Positions 1 to 13,235 of a stretch of DNA of 64,000 bases are shown here, one piece after another. The first letter of the stretch is position 1. Every line of letters begins with the position of its first letter. The position numbers were made by a program, and so were the translations under genes. Under the pieces are notes generated by a model. That model was not told where the DNA came from and did not search any database. It was given only the letters and a program-made list of their open reading frames with translations. This DNA comes from Octopus sinensis. Taxonomy: Eukaryota. The stretch spans positions 1,240,001 through 1,304,000 of the forward strand of contig NC_043013.1 of assembly GCF_006345805.1 (NCBI RefSeq). The letters are read 5' to 3'.

Positions 1-1751
1 GATTTGGTGGAAGATTTTAATTAAGAACTTTTGAGGGCCAGAGGCAGTTTCAACCAGGTTAAAGGAGATTTGGTTGTGTTACCTTCCAGGTTATTGTTTA
101 GAGTTGTGGTTCTCAACCATTTTTTGCCTTTGAACACCTTGGATTCCTATTTACTGGACCCTCATAACCATTCAGTGTTTTAAAAAGTCTCATTAGATTT
201 TTATAATTAAATATTAGGAATTGTATAAAAAAAATTGTTAAAGTATTTTGTGTACTGTGGAAGTATAATCAATTTAACAATAAACTCTTATACGAACCCC
301 AAATGAGACCCACTAAATTAGACCAATATAAGTGAACTCACCAACAAATAACCACCAATTTCACTGCATAAACTTTTGAGTGGAGCATTATAAGCATTGG
401 TTGTGCCAAAAAAAGCATTTTTTTAATGTTTTACATAAGACTTGGTACAGGATTTATAAACAACAAAAATGTATCTGTAGAAAAAGAGAGATTTTTATTT
501 TCTTCACACAATGCCATTGATATTCTAAGTCATTTTAATTCAATTCTGTTATTTGTTGATTAATTAATCATACCCAACTCGCATTCTGTTTCAACGAAGG
601 CTTCATTAGAGCCTGCTCACAGTAGCTTTCATCATGAAAATATTCAATCGCTGCTAAAAAGAAGCTTTATACACAGAACCGTCCAACCCATGCTAGCATG
701 GAAAGCGGACGTTAAACGATGATGATGAATCACAATATATACATTACCATACATAGGCATGACTGTGGTAAGAAGCTTGCTTCTCGACCACACATTTCTA
801 GGTTCAATCCCACTGCTTGGCACCTTGGGCAAATGGCTTCTACTGTGGCCTCAGACCAAAGCTCTGTGAATGGATTTGGAAACTGAAAGAAGCCTGTCGT
901 GTAGGTCTTTGTCCCCAACAACTGCTCAACAACCAGTGTTGGTGTGTTTACATCCCCATACAATAACAGTTCAGTAAAAAGAGTCTGATAGAATAAATAC
1001 CAGGATTTAAAAAAATATTGGGGTTGATTCATTCAACTAAAATTTCTTCAAGGTGGTGCCCCAGCATGGCCACAGTCTAATGACTGAAACAAGTACACAA
1101 CAAAAGATACTAATAACGATGTATAATCTAAGTGAGAATCACCAAGATATCCTTTTGTTAACCGTATTACTATTAAATAAACTGATGTGTTTGAATTTAT
1201 TTACAACAGGATAAAATGATGGTGGAAAGTTTTAATCTGAACATGATGTAGGCACGGGCATGGCTATGTGGTTACAAAGCCTGCTTCCCAGCCATATGGT
1301 TTCAGGTTCAGTCTCAGGGCGTGGCCACTACAGCACCAGGCTGACCAAAGCCTTGAGTGGATTTGGTAGATGGAAACTGAAAGAAGCCCATCATATTCTT
1401 TTATTTGTTTCAGTCATTTGACTGTGGCCATGCTAAAGCACTGCCTTTAGTTGAGCAAACTGACCCCAGAACTTATTCTTTGTAAGCCTAGTACTTTTTC
1501 TATCAGTCTCTTTTGCCGAACCACTAAGTTACGGGGACATAAACACACCAGCATTGGTTGTCAAGCAATGTTGGGGAGGAACACAGACACACACACACAT
1601 ATATATATCATCATCATCATCATCATTTAGCGTCCGCTTTCCATGCTAGCATGGGTGGACGGGTCAACTGGGGTCTGTGAAGCTGGAAGGCTTCGTCAGG
1701 CCCAGTCAGATCTGGCAGTGTTTCTACGGCTGGATGCCCTTCCTAACGCCA

Positions 1752-1789
<38 letters not shown>

Positions 1790-1948
1790 TATATACATAT
1801 ATATATATATATACATATATATATACATATATATACATATATATATATACATATATATATATACATATATATATATACATATATATATACATACATATAT
1901 ATATATACATATATATATATACATATATATATACACATATATATATAC

Positions 1949-1983
<35 letters not shown>

Positions 1984-1996
1984 CATATATATATAC

Positions 1997-2027
<31 letters not shown>

Positions 2028-2058
2028 CATATATATATACACATATATATATATACAC

Positions 2059-2101
<43 letters not shown>

Positions 2102-2220
2102 TAATATATACATATATATATATATATATACATATATATATACATATATACATATATATATATATACAATATATATACATATACATATACATATACATAT
2201 ATATATACATATATATATAC

Positions 2221-2251
<31 letters not shown>

Positions 2252-2519
2252 CATATTATATACATATATATATACAATATATATACATATACATATATAT
2301 ATATATATACATATATATATACATATATATATATATATACATATATATATACATATATAATACATATATATATATATACATATATATATACATATATATA
2401 TATATACATATATATAATACATATATATATATATACATATATATATACATATATATATACATATATATATACATATATATATACATATATTATATACATA
2501 TATATATACATATATACAC

Positions 2520-2559
<40 letters not shown>

Positions 2560-2560
2560 A

Positions 2561-2641
<81 letters not shown>
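1752..2641. repeat. ~890 bp compound (AT)n/(TATATACA)n microsatellite
   Basis: Directly visible; source of all the IY/YI-rich ORFs. Confidence 0.98.
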
Positions 2642-2642
<1 letters not shown>

Positions 2643-2713
2643 CCAGAGTAAACACATAAATGTGAAACAAGGTGGAAAAAAGAGTACTCAAATACCAGTG
2701 GTAGAGTAATATG

Positions 2714-2885
2714 CTTTATTTAAAGCAGCAGAAAATTCAACAAAACCTGTTACTCTGAGTTTCACTTTCCCGTTCGTCGGATAGTTTTTGCTAGAAAAAA
2801 CATTCTAGCAGAAACTGTCCGACGAACGGGAACGTGAAACTCAGAGTAACAGGTTTTGTTGAATTTTCTGCTGCTTTAAATAAAG
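2714..2885. repeat. Palindrome with 83 bp arms (3 mismatches) carrying hammerhead-like motifs; probable Penelope-like element remnant
   Basis: Arms 2714-2796 and 2803-2885, 6 nt loop; each arm contains CCGACGA-stem-GAAAC..GTA. Confidence 0.85.
2812..2856 (+). ncRNA. Type I hammerhead ribozyme-like motif (core variant CCGACGA)
   Basis: Stem I AAACTGT/ACAG(G)TTT, core C[C]GACGA, stem II ACG-GGAA-CGT, GAAAC-tcaga-GTA cleavage triplet. Confidence 0.6.
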
Positions 2886-5058
2886 TGTGTGTATATATAT
2901 ATATATATATACACGACTGGCTTCTTTCAGTTTCCATCTACCAAATCTACTCACACGGCTTTGGTTGGCTATAGTAGAAGCCATTTGCCCAAGGTGCCAC
3001 GCAGTGGGACTGAAACTGGAACCATGTGGTTAGTAAGCAAGCTACTTACCACACAGCCACTCCTACACCTCTATATTCATGGGTTTATGTGTTTCCTTGT
3101 CTTGACATTGTGTAATGTAAATGCATTAATAGTCTGCAAAAACATGCCTGACCATGGGGAAATATTACCTTGCTTGGGAACAGGGGAGGATTGGTGACAG
3201 GAAGGGCATCCAGCCAGAGAAAATTTATCTCAGGGAAAAGTGGAGTGGATGTTAAGAGGAGGAGGAAGACCATTTTAAAATTGCCAGGTTTAAATCACAG
3301 AACTAGAGACGATATCAGGCAGATTGGTAGCAAATGATTTAACGATCTAAATCCAAAAATGGAATTTTGCACATTTCAATCTTAAGACACCTTTTTGTTA
3401 TGAAGGAAATTGAAGAAGAATGGTAAAAGCCAACGGAATGTATGTGATAAGTAACAAATTCATGACACTATCAAGTCAGGTTTATAAATTTGGTGCTACG
3501 ACTAGTTGAATGGTTCTTTAAATGTAGCAAACATGCAACATTTGTTATCAAAAGAAACCATTTTCACACACTGTAGCCACTACCAGTTAATAAGTAACAT
3601 CTTTCAAACTACTTTAATTTGTTTTTTTTAAGCTAAAATATGTTTCTGTTTGGGCATCACATGCAAGTTTCAAACAAGATTCCATATTGTCAAGATTTGT
3701 CTATTGCTTTCTAGGACATGTGTACATCTACCAGATAAGTATTGTCTTTTATCTTTTACGTGTTTCACTCATTGGACAGCAGCCATGCTGGGGTTCCACC
3801 TTCAAGGGCTTAGTCAAACAAATCGTAAATGTTTTTAATGCTGGTACTTATTTTATTGGTCACTTTTCAAACTTCTAAGTTACAGGAATGTAAACAAACC
3901 AACACTGGTTATCAAGCAGTTGTGAGGAACAAGCACAAAGAAGTATACAGATATATATGACAGGCTTCTTTCAGTTTCCATCTATCAAATCCACTCACAA
4001 GGCTTTGGTCAGCTCAATTTTATAGAAGATACTTGCCCAAGGTGACATGCAGTGGGAGTGAACCTGGAACCATGTAGATGGGAAGCAAACTTTTTAACCA
4101 CATGGCTAGGCAGAACTTTGAAAACCATAAGCTTTAATGTTCTCTTATTCATTACAGCTGACAAACTTGCAAACTTTATTTCGTGATTAATGTTTGCCTG
4201 GGAAAGTACATATTGTTTAAGATAAAATATATAAGCATGGCTTGATACTATCAGGGCTAAGGTAAACCTAGAAAACCTGGAATAAAATAGAAGGCAAGGA
4301 GTGATGAAGCCAATTTTAGGTAGCTGATAAGAAGCAGTAACCTACAAATATAAAAAGGAATGAAGATAAAAAAAACTGAAGTGCTTCTAGTTTAAAACAG
4401 GAAAAAGATAATCATTTTTTTTTCATACTCATATTACTGAAGATTTATCAACGGGCATTTAGTAGTCACTGAAATAGCGTAACATATTAAATGAAAAGTT
4501 ATTTAAACAGGCTATGATGTTATACTTTATATGCAGAGCAAGTAATTGTGCTATTTTGTTTGTTCCCTCTCATGGATGTGTGTATGTAATATAAATCAAA
4601 ACAGGAAATTGGAAAAATGTTTGCTATTATTCATTTACCATTACATGTGTTTCATTTGCTAATAGGAGTCACAAAATTATACATGTAGAAAACCCGCAAG
4701 ATATCTTGTATCAGAAATTCTTCTCACAGAGAATCAAATATTTCACAAGTATTCTATCACGTGTACAATTTTGTTAACTCCTACTAGCAAATGAAACACA
4801 TGTAATGATGAATAGATAATACCAAAAAATTGTCCAATCTCCTGTTTTGTTATTACTATGCAGAAGATGTTTTCCAGTAGTTTGCAAGTCTTATGCCTAC
4901 CTCACACAAATATGACATATACATACAGATTTGGATTACTGAAATAAGCAGTGCTTCAAGAGGACACAGCTTAGATCTTAACCCTATCAAAGAAAATAGG
5001 AAGTTGGAAAAATTCTTTGGTATTAGTCACCATTACATATTTCATTTTCATTTACATA

Positions 5059-5059
<1 letters not shown>

Positions 5060-5147
<88 letters not shown>
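5060..5147. repeat. Compound (GT)n(AT)n(AG)n microsatellite
   Basis: Directly visible. Confidence 0.95.
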
Positions 5148-5151
<4 letters not shown>

Positions 5152-5257
5152 GTAACAATAATTTTTTTTATGGAATTTACAAACATGTTAATGTATCACT
5201 ACATGTGTTTCCACAAACAGAATGTCTCTAAAGATCACAATCCATGTTCCTGGGATG

Positions 5258-5840
5258 ATTACAGTGTAGTCCGTAGTCTCCGTGGCCATGGGGTTGATCA
5301 TCTTTATGGATTCATTTCTTCAGGCAATATAACATTAATGGATGTTCAACAGAGGGATGCTTGTCCCTTCTAACCAGTGCAAAGGTCAGCTGGGGTATGT
5401 AGGCATTTCTGGGTGTATTAGGTGGAGAGAAGGGAGAGGTAATGGAAAGAGAGGAGGAAATAGTAGTCTCTATGGGTAAGGAGGTGCGTGTGGTGGTGAT
5501 GAACTTAATTAGTTATTCATTCAGCAGATGTCAATGATGGGTCGCCAACAGTAGTGGTGACCATACCAGCTGACCTGGTATGAGAATGTGGTACCCAGAC
5601 TGAATAGCAGAATAAATGCAACATCACCACACACACCTCCATCCCCATAGAGACTACCATTCCTTCCACCCTTTTAATCCCCTTCCCCTCCTCTCAACCA
5701 AATACACACAGAAATACCCACACACCTCAAAAGTGATAAACAACCCTCAGTTAAACATCCATTAATGCTGTATCACCTGAAGAAATGAATCCATGAAGAT
5801 GGTCAACCCGATACCCACAGATACTATTGACTACATTGTA
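5258..5840. repeat. Degenerate inverted repeat, ~250 bp arms
   Basis: 5258-5512 aligns by eye with the reverse complement of 5621-5840 (e.g. atggattcatttcttcagg / cctgaagaaatgaatccat). Confidence 0.8.
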
Positions 5841-6304
5841 TTCATCGCAGCAATATGGACCGTGATCTTAAGAGACATGATGTGCGCAAACGCGCATAAT
5901 AATAATGCACTGTATTTTAGTTTATAGATTCCATCCAAAGATTACTATTATCATATTTCTCCTACATTATATCAGTACAGCTCGATGCAACCCCATAAAA
6001 CTGGTTCACCAGTCAGCGTCATTAGATTGTGGCTGGCATAAGGGAATAGGGGCTTCATTTGCATATTCAAAACGTTTCCCATAAACAAATTTAAAAGATG
6101 TGTGTGTGTGTCATGCAAATGGCACCCGTGCTGGTGGCACATAAACAGCACCCACTACAGTCTCGGAGTGGTTGGCGTTAGGAAGGGCATCCAGCTGTAG
6201 AAACATCGCCAGATCAGACTGGAGCCTGGTGCAGCCTTCCAGCTTGCCAGCCCTGGTCTAACCGTCCAACCCAGGACAGCCTGGACAACGGATGCTAAAC
6301 GATG

Positions 6305-6336
<32 letters not shown>

Positions 6337-8121
6337 TCAATAAGATTAATTAAGATGGACAGGTAAATGAAAATGTCCTGTCATCGCACATGAAAACTGA
6401 ACGCTTGTCTTCATCAGCAGGCATCTGGTAGGACGAATGAAATAAATCTCGATTAAGCAAAACAGCAGTAAAGCCATCCCCATCTTAATTCTCATTTCTC
6501 ATATATTATAAATCCGTAATCCTTTCTTTTTACCCTTTAATTCCTATATTACTCATCAATGCATTCTGTATAAAGAAAAACAATTTTTCTGCAGTGTATC
6601 AGCTTCGCAACCATTGATGAAGGTATCAACATCAATTTAATCATATATATATAAAGCGTAAGAGCAATTCTAAACACAGATTACGTATATTGGTAATAAA
6701 TATAGTAATTCTAAGAGCAGGATACTTGAAATCTATCCTAGTACTTATTTCATTAAAACTCCATTCGCATTTCGATGTACAAGAACGGAGGATTGATCAA
6801 AGAAAGGCATTTAGTCGAGGGCTTTTAGTGTTTCCGATATCATCAACATAGTTTTTACTTTAATCATCGATCGTACTGACCTCCACCACAGACCGATTCC
6901 AGAACGACGGAAGACAGCAATCAATTTCTACAAAAATCCGAACCCAAAACTGCAGATTGTTTATCGCTACTAATTCGACTTTGCACTCTCAATGAATATA
7001 ATTTCTCATATTGCCACAAAGAAATGTGCAGGCAATTGAATTAACCCCAACAGATGACTGGTACTTAGAGATGCAGTCGAAATGAACGGTAATATTGGGG
7101 ACCCCGTTGCATATAAATACGAAACTAAATTCCCTTTAGTCATGTATTATACCGTTTTTGGTTAATTTAAAAGCATGCAGACAAAAAAAAACCCCTCAGA
7201 TCACCCCACTTGGCCCCAGAAATATATTCTTACGTATTGTCTACATCCGAAAAGGATCTATAAGTGTGTGTGTGATCGGATGTTCTTTTCTTTCAGTAAA
7301 AGGGGAGAGATACTTAGAGATCACATATGCTATGAGACAGAATAAATTATTGATTAATATAGGAAGTATATTATAATCATGAGGGGAAAAAAGAGAAATA
7401 ATTATCTATTTGACTGCATAAACAATTATTCATTTTGCCGAGCAGAATAATTGTCTGATGCCAACATCCAGCAGACATTATTATTATTAAGGGACACCAA
7501 CCATTGATGAAGCAACAGAGTTTTAGCAAAACGTTCTGGTTTTTAATTATAGGTTTTTGGGGGGTTTTTTTCAGGTACGAAAACAGACATTTTCAATTGC
7601 AAAATGTTTATTTTCTACGTAAAATAACGATCGTAACAATCCAATATTGAGTTCGAGTATCGATATCGAAGTGCTGAAAGAGAACCGTTAATATAGAGAG
7701 AGAGACTAGCAGCAGAATATTTATTAAAGAAGATGATATTTTTCAAGTCGAGAAAGAAGTGAAATGTCCGAATGACATATGCAACAAACTGCTGGCTGAA
7801 TATGAGTCATCATCTCATACTGCAGTCTTACAAAGCTTCATCGTCAACAACAACAACAATCATCATCATCGTCTACCTTGTGCATATTTATTTAAAGAAC
7901 TTGCAGGCGGAGGAGGAGGGGGTCGTCTCCGACTGCAACAATCAGTGCAGCGGATGGAGGGGGGCGGGGCGGGCGATATATTATTACGAGTTGATGATAA
8001 AAGATATAAAACAGTCATAGATTTTGCCAGTCTATCATCGATGGAGTTAATATATTTCATTTGATTCCAGTTGTTTGTTTCAGAGTGATCGGACATTTAA
8101 TAAACCCAAATGACATTCTAA

Positions 8122-8152
<31 letters not shown>

Positions 8153-9582
8153 GTGCTGGTGGTGGTCATAGGATATTCAATTCAATAACTTGTGCTCCAA
8201 TGAACAAGGAAATAATTTAACCTTCGACTCATTGGAGCGAACAAGATGGTCACAGCAGATTGAATTCTAAATGCATCAGCTCAAATTTGAGGAACAGATT
8301 CAAATATGTTGAATTTAAATAAAGCCTTTAAAAAATGCCTTCACACTTAAAACTGTTGCTGTATTTTGTTAAGTAATTTTACTATCATTTCAATGCCAAG
8401 TAAATTTGAAATACCTCAGTGACATCATACACACATTATATATGTGTGTGTTACATAGATATAAATGGGGTTTTTTTTAGCACTGTTAGATTGTAAGACG
8501 CAAAAATTTATCTAAAGATAAGGAGAAAATGTGTTCGGTATGTGTTGTAAAGAGAAAAAATGGCAACAGTTATCTGTGAGAAGTGCAACATCCAGATGGG
8601 CAGAGTGACAAACATGGATGAGGTGAAGATGGTGGGGCGAAGATGGTGGGCCGAGGAAGTAAAATCGGAACACAGAGATTACAAGACGATCACAACAACA
8701 ACAGCAAGCAAGAGATATCAATAGATATAAAGAGGGGGGTGGATGTGAGAAGAGATGATATCAGGGTACCAGACAGGAGAATTTAGAAAAGAGCAGCAGC
8801 AGCAGCGATATTATATCTGCTGCATTCTATGTATAGAGCACTTGCAGTGGTAGAGTCGACCAACAATTGCACAAACAACTGCTTCACAATGCATTCTGCA
8901 ATACAGACAGCAGGCAGAAGAAGAAGAAGAATTATGACAAATCGAAAATCTATTTATTGGAAAAGGGTGGGGGGCGGGAGTAGAAACGGCTGGGGTTCTT
9001 TTTTTTTCTTTTTAATGATCCTAAAAGAAATCAAATCCTTTCCATTTGCCCTACCCCTCCCCTCTTACTAATTTTAATATCAATCACTGTTTACACAAAA
9101 GCTCAAAAATAAATAATTATTACAGTAGTCGTAACAGTGTTTGGTGGTGGTGGTGGTAGTAGTGATAGTAGCAGCAGCAATTTAGTCATCCTTGGAGTAA
9201 ATCGTTTGCATAAAGACATTCCGACACTGAAAGCTATGAATGACTAACTTCACCCCGATACAAAACAAAAGAACACATAAAGCAAAACGGTATTTCAACA
9301 CCTCAACTGTTACCAGTCTACCATCCGAGGTAGCAAGTGTTGCTATTATTATTATTATTGTTATTTTTTTAACTCCCTAAACGTGAAAAAAATTAAAGCT
9401 TGCAGATATTTTCTAACTAATATACACAACATATTGCACTATTTAATGTCTGGAGCATAGCTTAATGATGGGGGAGGGGTGGAACTGTTCACCCTATTCA
9501 GGGTAGAAATGGGCGGGGAGAGGAAATAAATAAATAAAACCTAAAATGGTGAAACCAGAAGTAATAAAAGGAAAGTGCTTAC

Positions 9583-9759
9583 CTTGAAGTTACTGCTGTT
9601 CACCCATGCAACCAAGCCATTGATGAATTGGTCAATATCCTCGCAATCTAAAGATGCTCCGGGGTCACTTAGATAGGACACAAGTTCGGAATGAACCTGA
9701 GTCCGACTCCTTGTATCCTGGGTTACGACATTGCGCATAAAAGTATCCAAAGATGCCAT
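9583..9759 (-). CDS. CLASP: CLIP-associating protein (CLASP/Orbit/MAST), first coding exon (start of TOG1)
   Basis: Translates MASLDTFMRNVVTQDTRSRTQVHSELVSYLSDPGASLDCEDIDQFINGLVAWVNSSNFK, resembling the CLASP N-terminus (human ...LVDGLATSWVNSSNYK, from memory). ATG in GCCATGG context; phase-0 donor AAG|GTAAGC. The next exons were not found in 1-9582. Confidence 0.9.
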
Positions 9760-10057
9760 GGCCAAGTTATTGGATATCTCTGCTTCAATGGGGTTTTTAG
9801 ATTTTAGTTTTAAGGGTTTCAATTTCTTGTATTACTGGTGGTTTGTTTGGTCCTGGTATACTCGTTCAACGGTTACAGTTGTTGGAACTGCTACATAGAG
9901 TTACAACATCAAATTTGCGGACGGCAAAGCAGCACAAAGAAGGAACTGTGACGGACCAAGTACAGAGTAGATGGGGCAAGACAGAGTACTAGTGTTCCTT
10001 AATTCAACAAAGGTTCAGATATAATGGCAGGGATGATGGCTGATGTTGCTGTTCGCT
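9760..10057 (-). other. CLASP: Probable 5' UTR part of the CLASP exon containing the start codon
   Basis: Minus-strand acceptor gtttattttcttccccgtttcag|AGCGAAC at 10058/10057; no other strong acceptor between it and the ATG. Confidence 0.55.
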
Positions 10058-10919
10058 CTGAAACGGGGAAGAAAATAAACATATATATATATAAATATAA
10101 ACATCGAAGTGATTCAGCTGTTTGCCGAAAATATTATAATGACAACAGGTATCCATTATAATAAAGGTGAGGAGAAGATCATGGCATTAGAGTTGGTGAG
10201 GATAAGGAAAAGGTGTAAGTTGAATTGTTAAAGGAACGGAGGGAGTTGTTGATGGTAGCATCTCTCTCTTCAGATGTCAGCCGTGTTCTTCTTCTTCTTC
10301 TTGTTGTCTGCGTCAGAGAGCAGCCATATATGGCCGACGAAAGTCGGTGGAGACAAGAGAAACGGATGGAGACGGAGAGAGACAGACACACCACACCACA
10401 CTCTGTTATGCAAGGAGCTCTTGGCTGTTGGACATTGTAAGGACACAGCAAATACGGAGAGTTGCCGGTTTTTTGTTTTGGAAGAGTGAGAGAAGGTGCA
10501 TCGGAGGAGGCGAAAGGATGTCTCTTCCTACGTCATTGCAAGCCATATATGGCCGACACAGGCGAAAAGCCGCCGAGGCTGGCGACTCGTCCTCCACAGG
10601 GGAAAAGGAACAATAGTCACGAATAATGTAAACATACGCATACAACAATTACAAAAAAACAAAGAGACAACTCTTTCTCCAATCCTTTCTGGTGGAATGA
10701 TCCAGAAAATAAACGAAAGAAATTCGGCCAAAAGAAGAATCAGTCATCACTGAACAAGTATTGCCTTTTTTTAGATGTAAAGAAGCTGCAATAGAAACAA
10801 TAAAAACAACCATGATAATAATTATTATAGCAGCATTAAATATCCTAAATATATTCAGGTAATTCTTCTGAATAGAACGTGAATTTGTCTGCTGAAATGA
10901 TTGAATAACAACAATTTAC

Positions 10920-11100
10920 CTCAGGAGTCGGATCAGCCATCATGGATTGGAAAGTGATTAATGCCAACTCACGTCGAATCTCGTTCAACATCTCGTTTCG
11001 CTCTCCCTCCCTCCCTCTTTCTTCCTCCCTCTCTCTCTCTCTTTAATTGCTTCATTAACATTGTTCTTCTTCTTCTTCTTCTCCTTCTCCAGTCTTGCAA
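10920..11100 (-). other. CLASP: Probable CLASP exon 1 / promoter-proximal exon (5' end approximate)
   Basis: Minus-strand donor GAG|GTAAAT at 10920/10919, within CpG-rich, GA-repeat-rich promoter-like sequence. Confidence 0.45.
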
Positions 11101-12149
11101 TGAGATTCTAATTAAGAGAAAAGGGCAATTTTATTTTTAGTAACTAGAAATATCCAGGCTCCAACAGACGAAACATATTCTCGATGTTGCAGATTAAAAT
11201 TAACCTAAAAAATATTCTGAAGGGAAAATTTTCGTTTCTTTAATTCTTCGAAGCAAAACATTTTAGAATATAAATATTTTATTTACCAAAATATCTTGCA
11301 TAGAGTCTGGCAACAATTTCGTTTCTTTGGGAAAGGCATGAGTGCTGCAACGCTTTCTTTTTCCATTAATGTAAAAAATTGAAATTTTAATGCTTGTTAA
11401 AAATAAATAAAATTTAACTTCACAAAGAAATCTGCGGCTTCTGCCAGGAACGGTTTCGTTCTTTTAAAAGTAATATCGAGGAATAATTTATGTAACTTTT
11501 TACTTATGACATGAAATACTGTGTCAACGGGTAATGGTAAATTCTCAGCAATATTTATTATTCTTAAACAGAATATTTGTTGCTTTTAATTTCTTTGAAG
11601 ATTCTTTAAAAAACAAAAAAAAAAACACCTTAGAAAGATTTATAAACTCTTTTGTGCCTTTAATATACGTAAAAGTAAATGTATGCCTGTTCCTACAAGT
11701 AAGCCCTACGTAAGTAGATGTAATAGGGGCGCCCTTATTAAGGAAGTCATGGGACACTAACTTTTTCTGAAAATTGTTATTTTTAAATTTCGGCTGAGGA
11801 AAAAAATAGGAATATTGTATAACCCCGAGTACCGCAACAAGTACTGGAATGTTTATTGATCTGGGAAATAATTAATTTTGAGAAATGATCTAAAGTGATA
11901 TTTTATGAAGAATAACGCTTTTTCATTTTCGAAAAAATTGATAAAATGTAAGCAAAATGTTCATATTTAGGCTGTATATTTTTTTGCGCATTTCTATGAA
12001 GCTTAATTTCAACGATCTTTTGGATAGGTTGGCAGCTACAATTCTAAGAAAATGAAAATTCCCGGACGAACTGAATATTGTCAGCACTTTTTTTAAAGCA
12101 ATTTATTTAAAATATAATGAACTATATTTATTTTAGATATTAATAATCT

Positions 12150-12175
12150 TGGGCAAGGCCGGGTACAGCCGCTAG
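12150..12175 (+). mobile_element. Possible Helitron 3' terminus
   Basis: GC-rich short hairpin ggccgggtacagccg followed by CTAG|T; no 5' end identified. Confidence 0.3.
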
Positions 12176-13017
12176 TCCTCCGTTATTCTTAGTCACACAG
12201 AAAATGCTACCATAAGCCTAATAGCAAAAGGGGACAAAGATAAGAAAGTTGATATTGTTCTTTGCAACTGTAAACTGGTGTATTATTTTATATTCACGAA
12301 GTAGGAAATGATGCACATACGTCCTGTAAACAAACTTTCTTGATATAAGACGTAAAAAGAAAAAACGGAGAAAAGACATAATATCAATGGAAAGGTGACC
12401 TGGGTTAACCGACAATTTAGTTTGTTTAGAAATTGCTTTCTAAAAAGTAGATAACTCGAGCTAATTAAAAACTACGTTGAAATAGGAGGTGTAGTAAATG
12501 AGTATAAAGTTACTACAAACAGTCTCGAATAAACTAGTAGTATGAATTGTTTATGCTATACGCCTCGAATATTCAGGGGGCCCCGCGCTAAATACTCAAG
12601 CTTTCAGCTTTCGCTCTAAGTTCAAATGCCGCTAAGGACGACTTCCCTTTTCGTCCTTTCGAGGTCGATAAAATAAGTACTAGTTGAACACTGGCGTCGA
12701 ATTGCTGGCCTTGTGCCAAAATTTAAAGCTATTTTATATATTCAACCTTCAACGACTGGGTGCTTGAGGGTGAGCCAGTGCACGGAAGGCGGGTGTCAGA
12801 TACTGAAAATAATCCCGCGATCGAATACACTTTAAATTAAAACGAATTGCAACTAGTAAACTGAATTGCAACGATAAATTAATAAACTTTTATCGAATAT
12901 TAATTATTCGACTTTCTGTTTCGATTTGATCTCATTTAATAATTCAGAATCAGTTTACTATTTATATTTTACGAACACCTAAGTGACAACCTAACCCCCA
13001 TTATATTAAATCGGGAT

Positions 13018-13235
13018 AGGCGTCGAGCTGGCAGAATCGTTAGAACGCCGGGCGAAATGCTTAGCGGTATTTCGTCCGCTTCTGCGTTCGGAGTTCAAAT
13101 TCCGCCTTTCATACTTTCGGGGTCGATAAATTAAGTACCAGTTACGCACTGGGGTCGATGTAATCGACTTAATCCGTTTGTCTGTACTTGTTTGTCCCCT
13201 CTATGTTTAGCCCCTTGTGGGTAGTAATGAAATCT
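13018..13235 (+). mobile_element. tRNA-derived SINE family B (MetaSINE-like central domain)
   Basis: ggcgtcgagctggcagaatcgttag head, GAGTTCAAATTCC B-box, ctttcat.ctttcggggtcgataaattaagtaccag core. Other copies at ~21385-21810(-), 39235-39400(-), 41725-41850(-), 49860-50075(+), 52229-52458(+), 60735-60890(+), 61415-61620(+). Confidence 0.8.

Noticed and set aside
1643-2691. Long IY/YI-rich ORFs up to 301 aa
   Set aside because: Translations of a stop-free (AT)n microsatellite; no coding signal.
8512-8721. Cys-rich ORF MISLACCCCC resembling a palmitoylation motif
   Set aside because: Starts with TTG, not ATG, and the cysteines come from a (TGT)n microsatellite.
1-9582. Downstream CLASP exons (expected ...LLGMDIL / LIDRLGDAK-like peptides)
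   Set aside because: No matching minus-strand exon found by eye; the intron probably extends beyond the window, though a small exon could have been missed.
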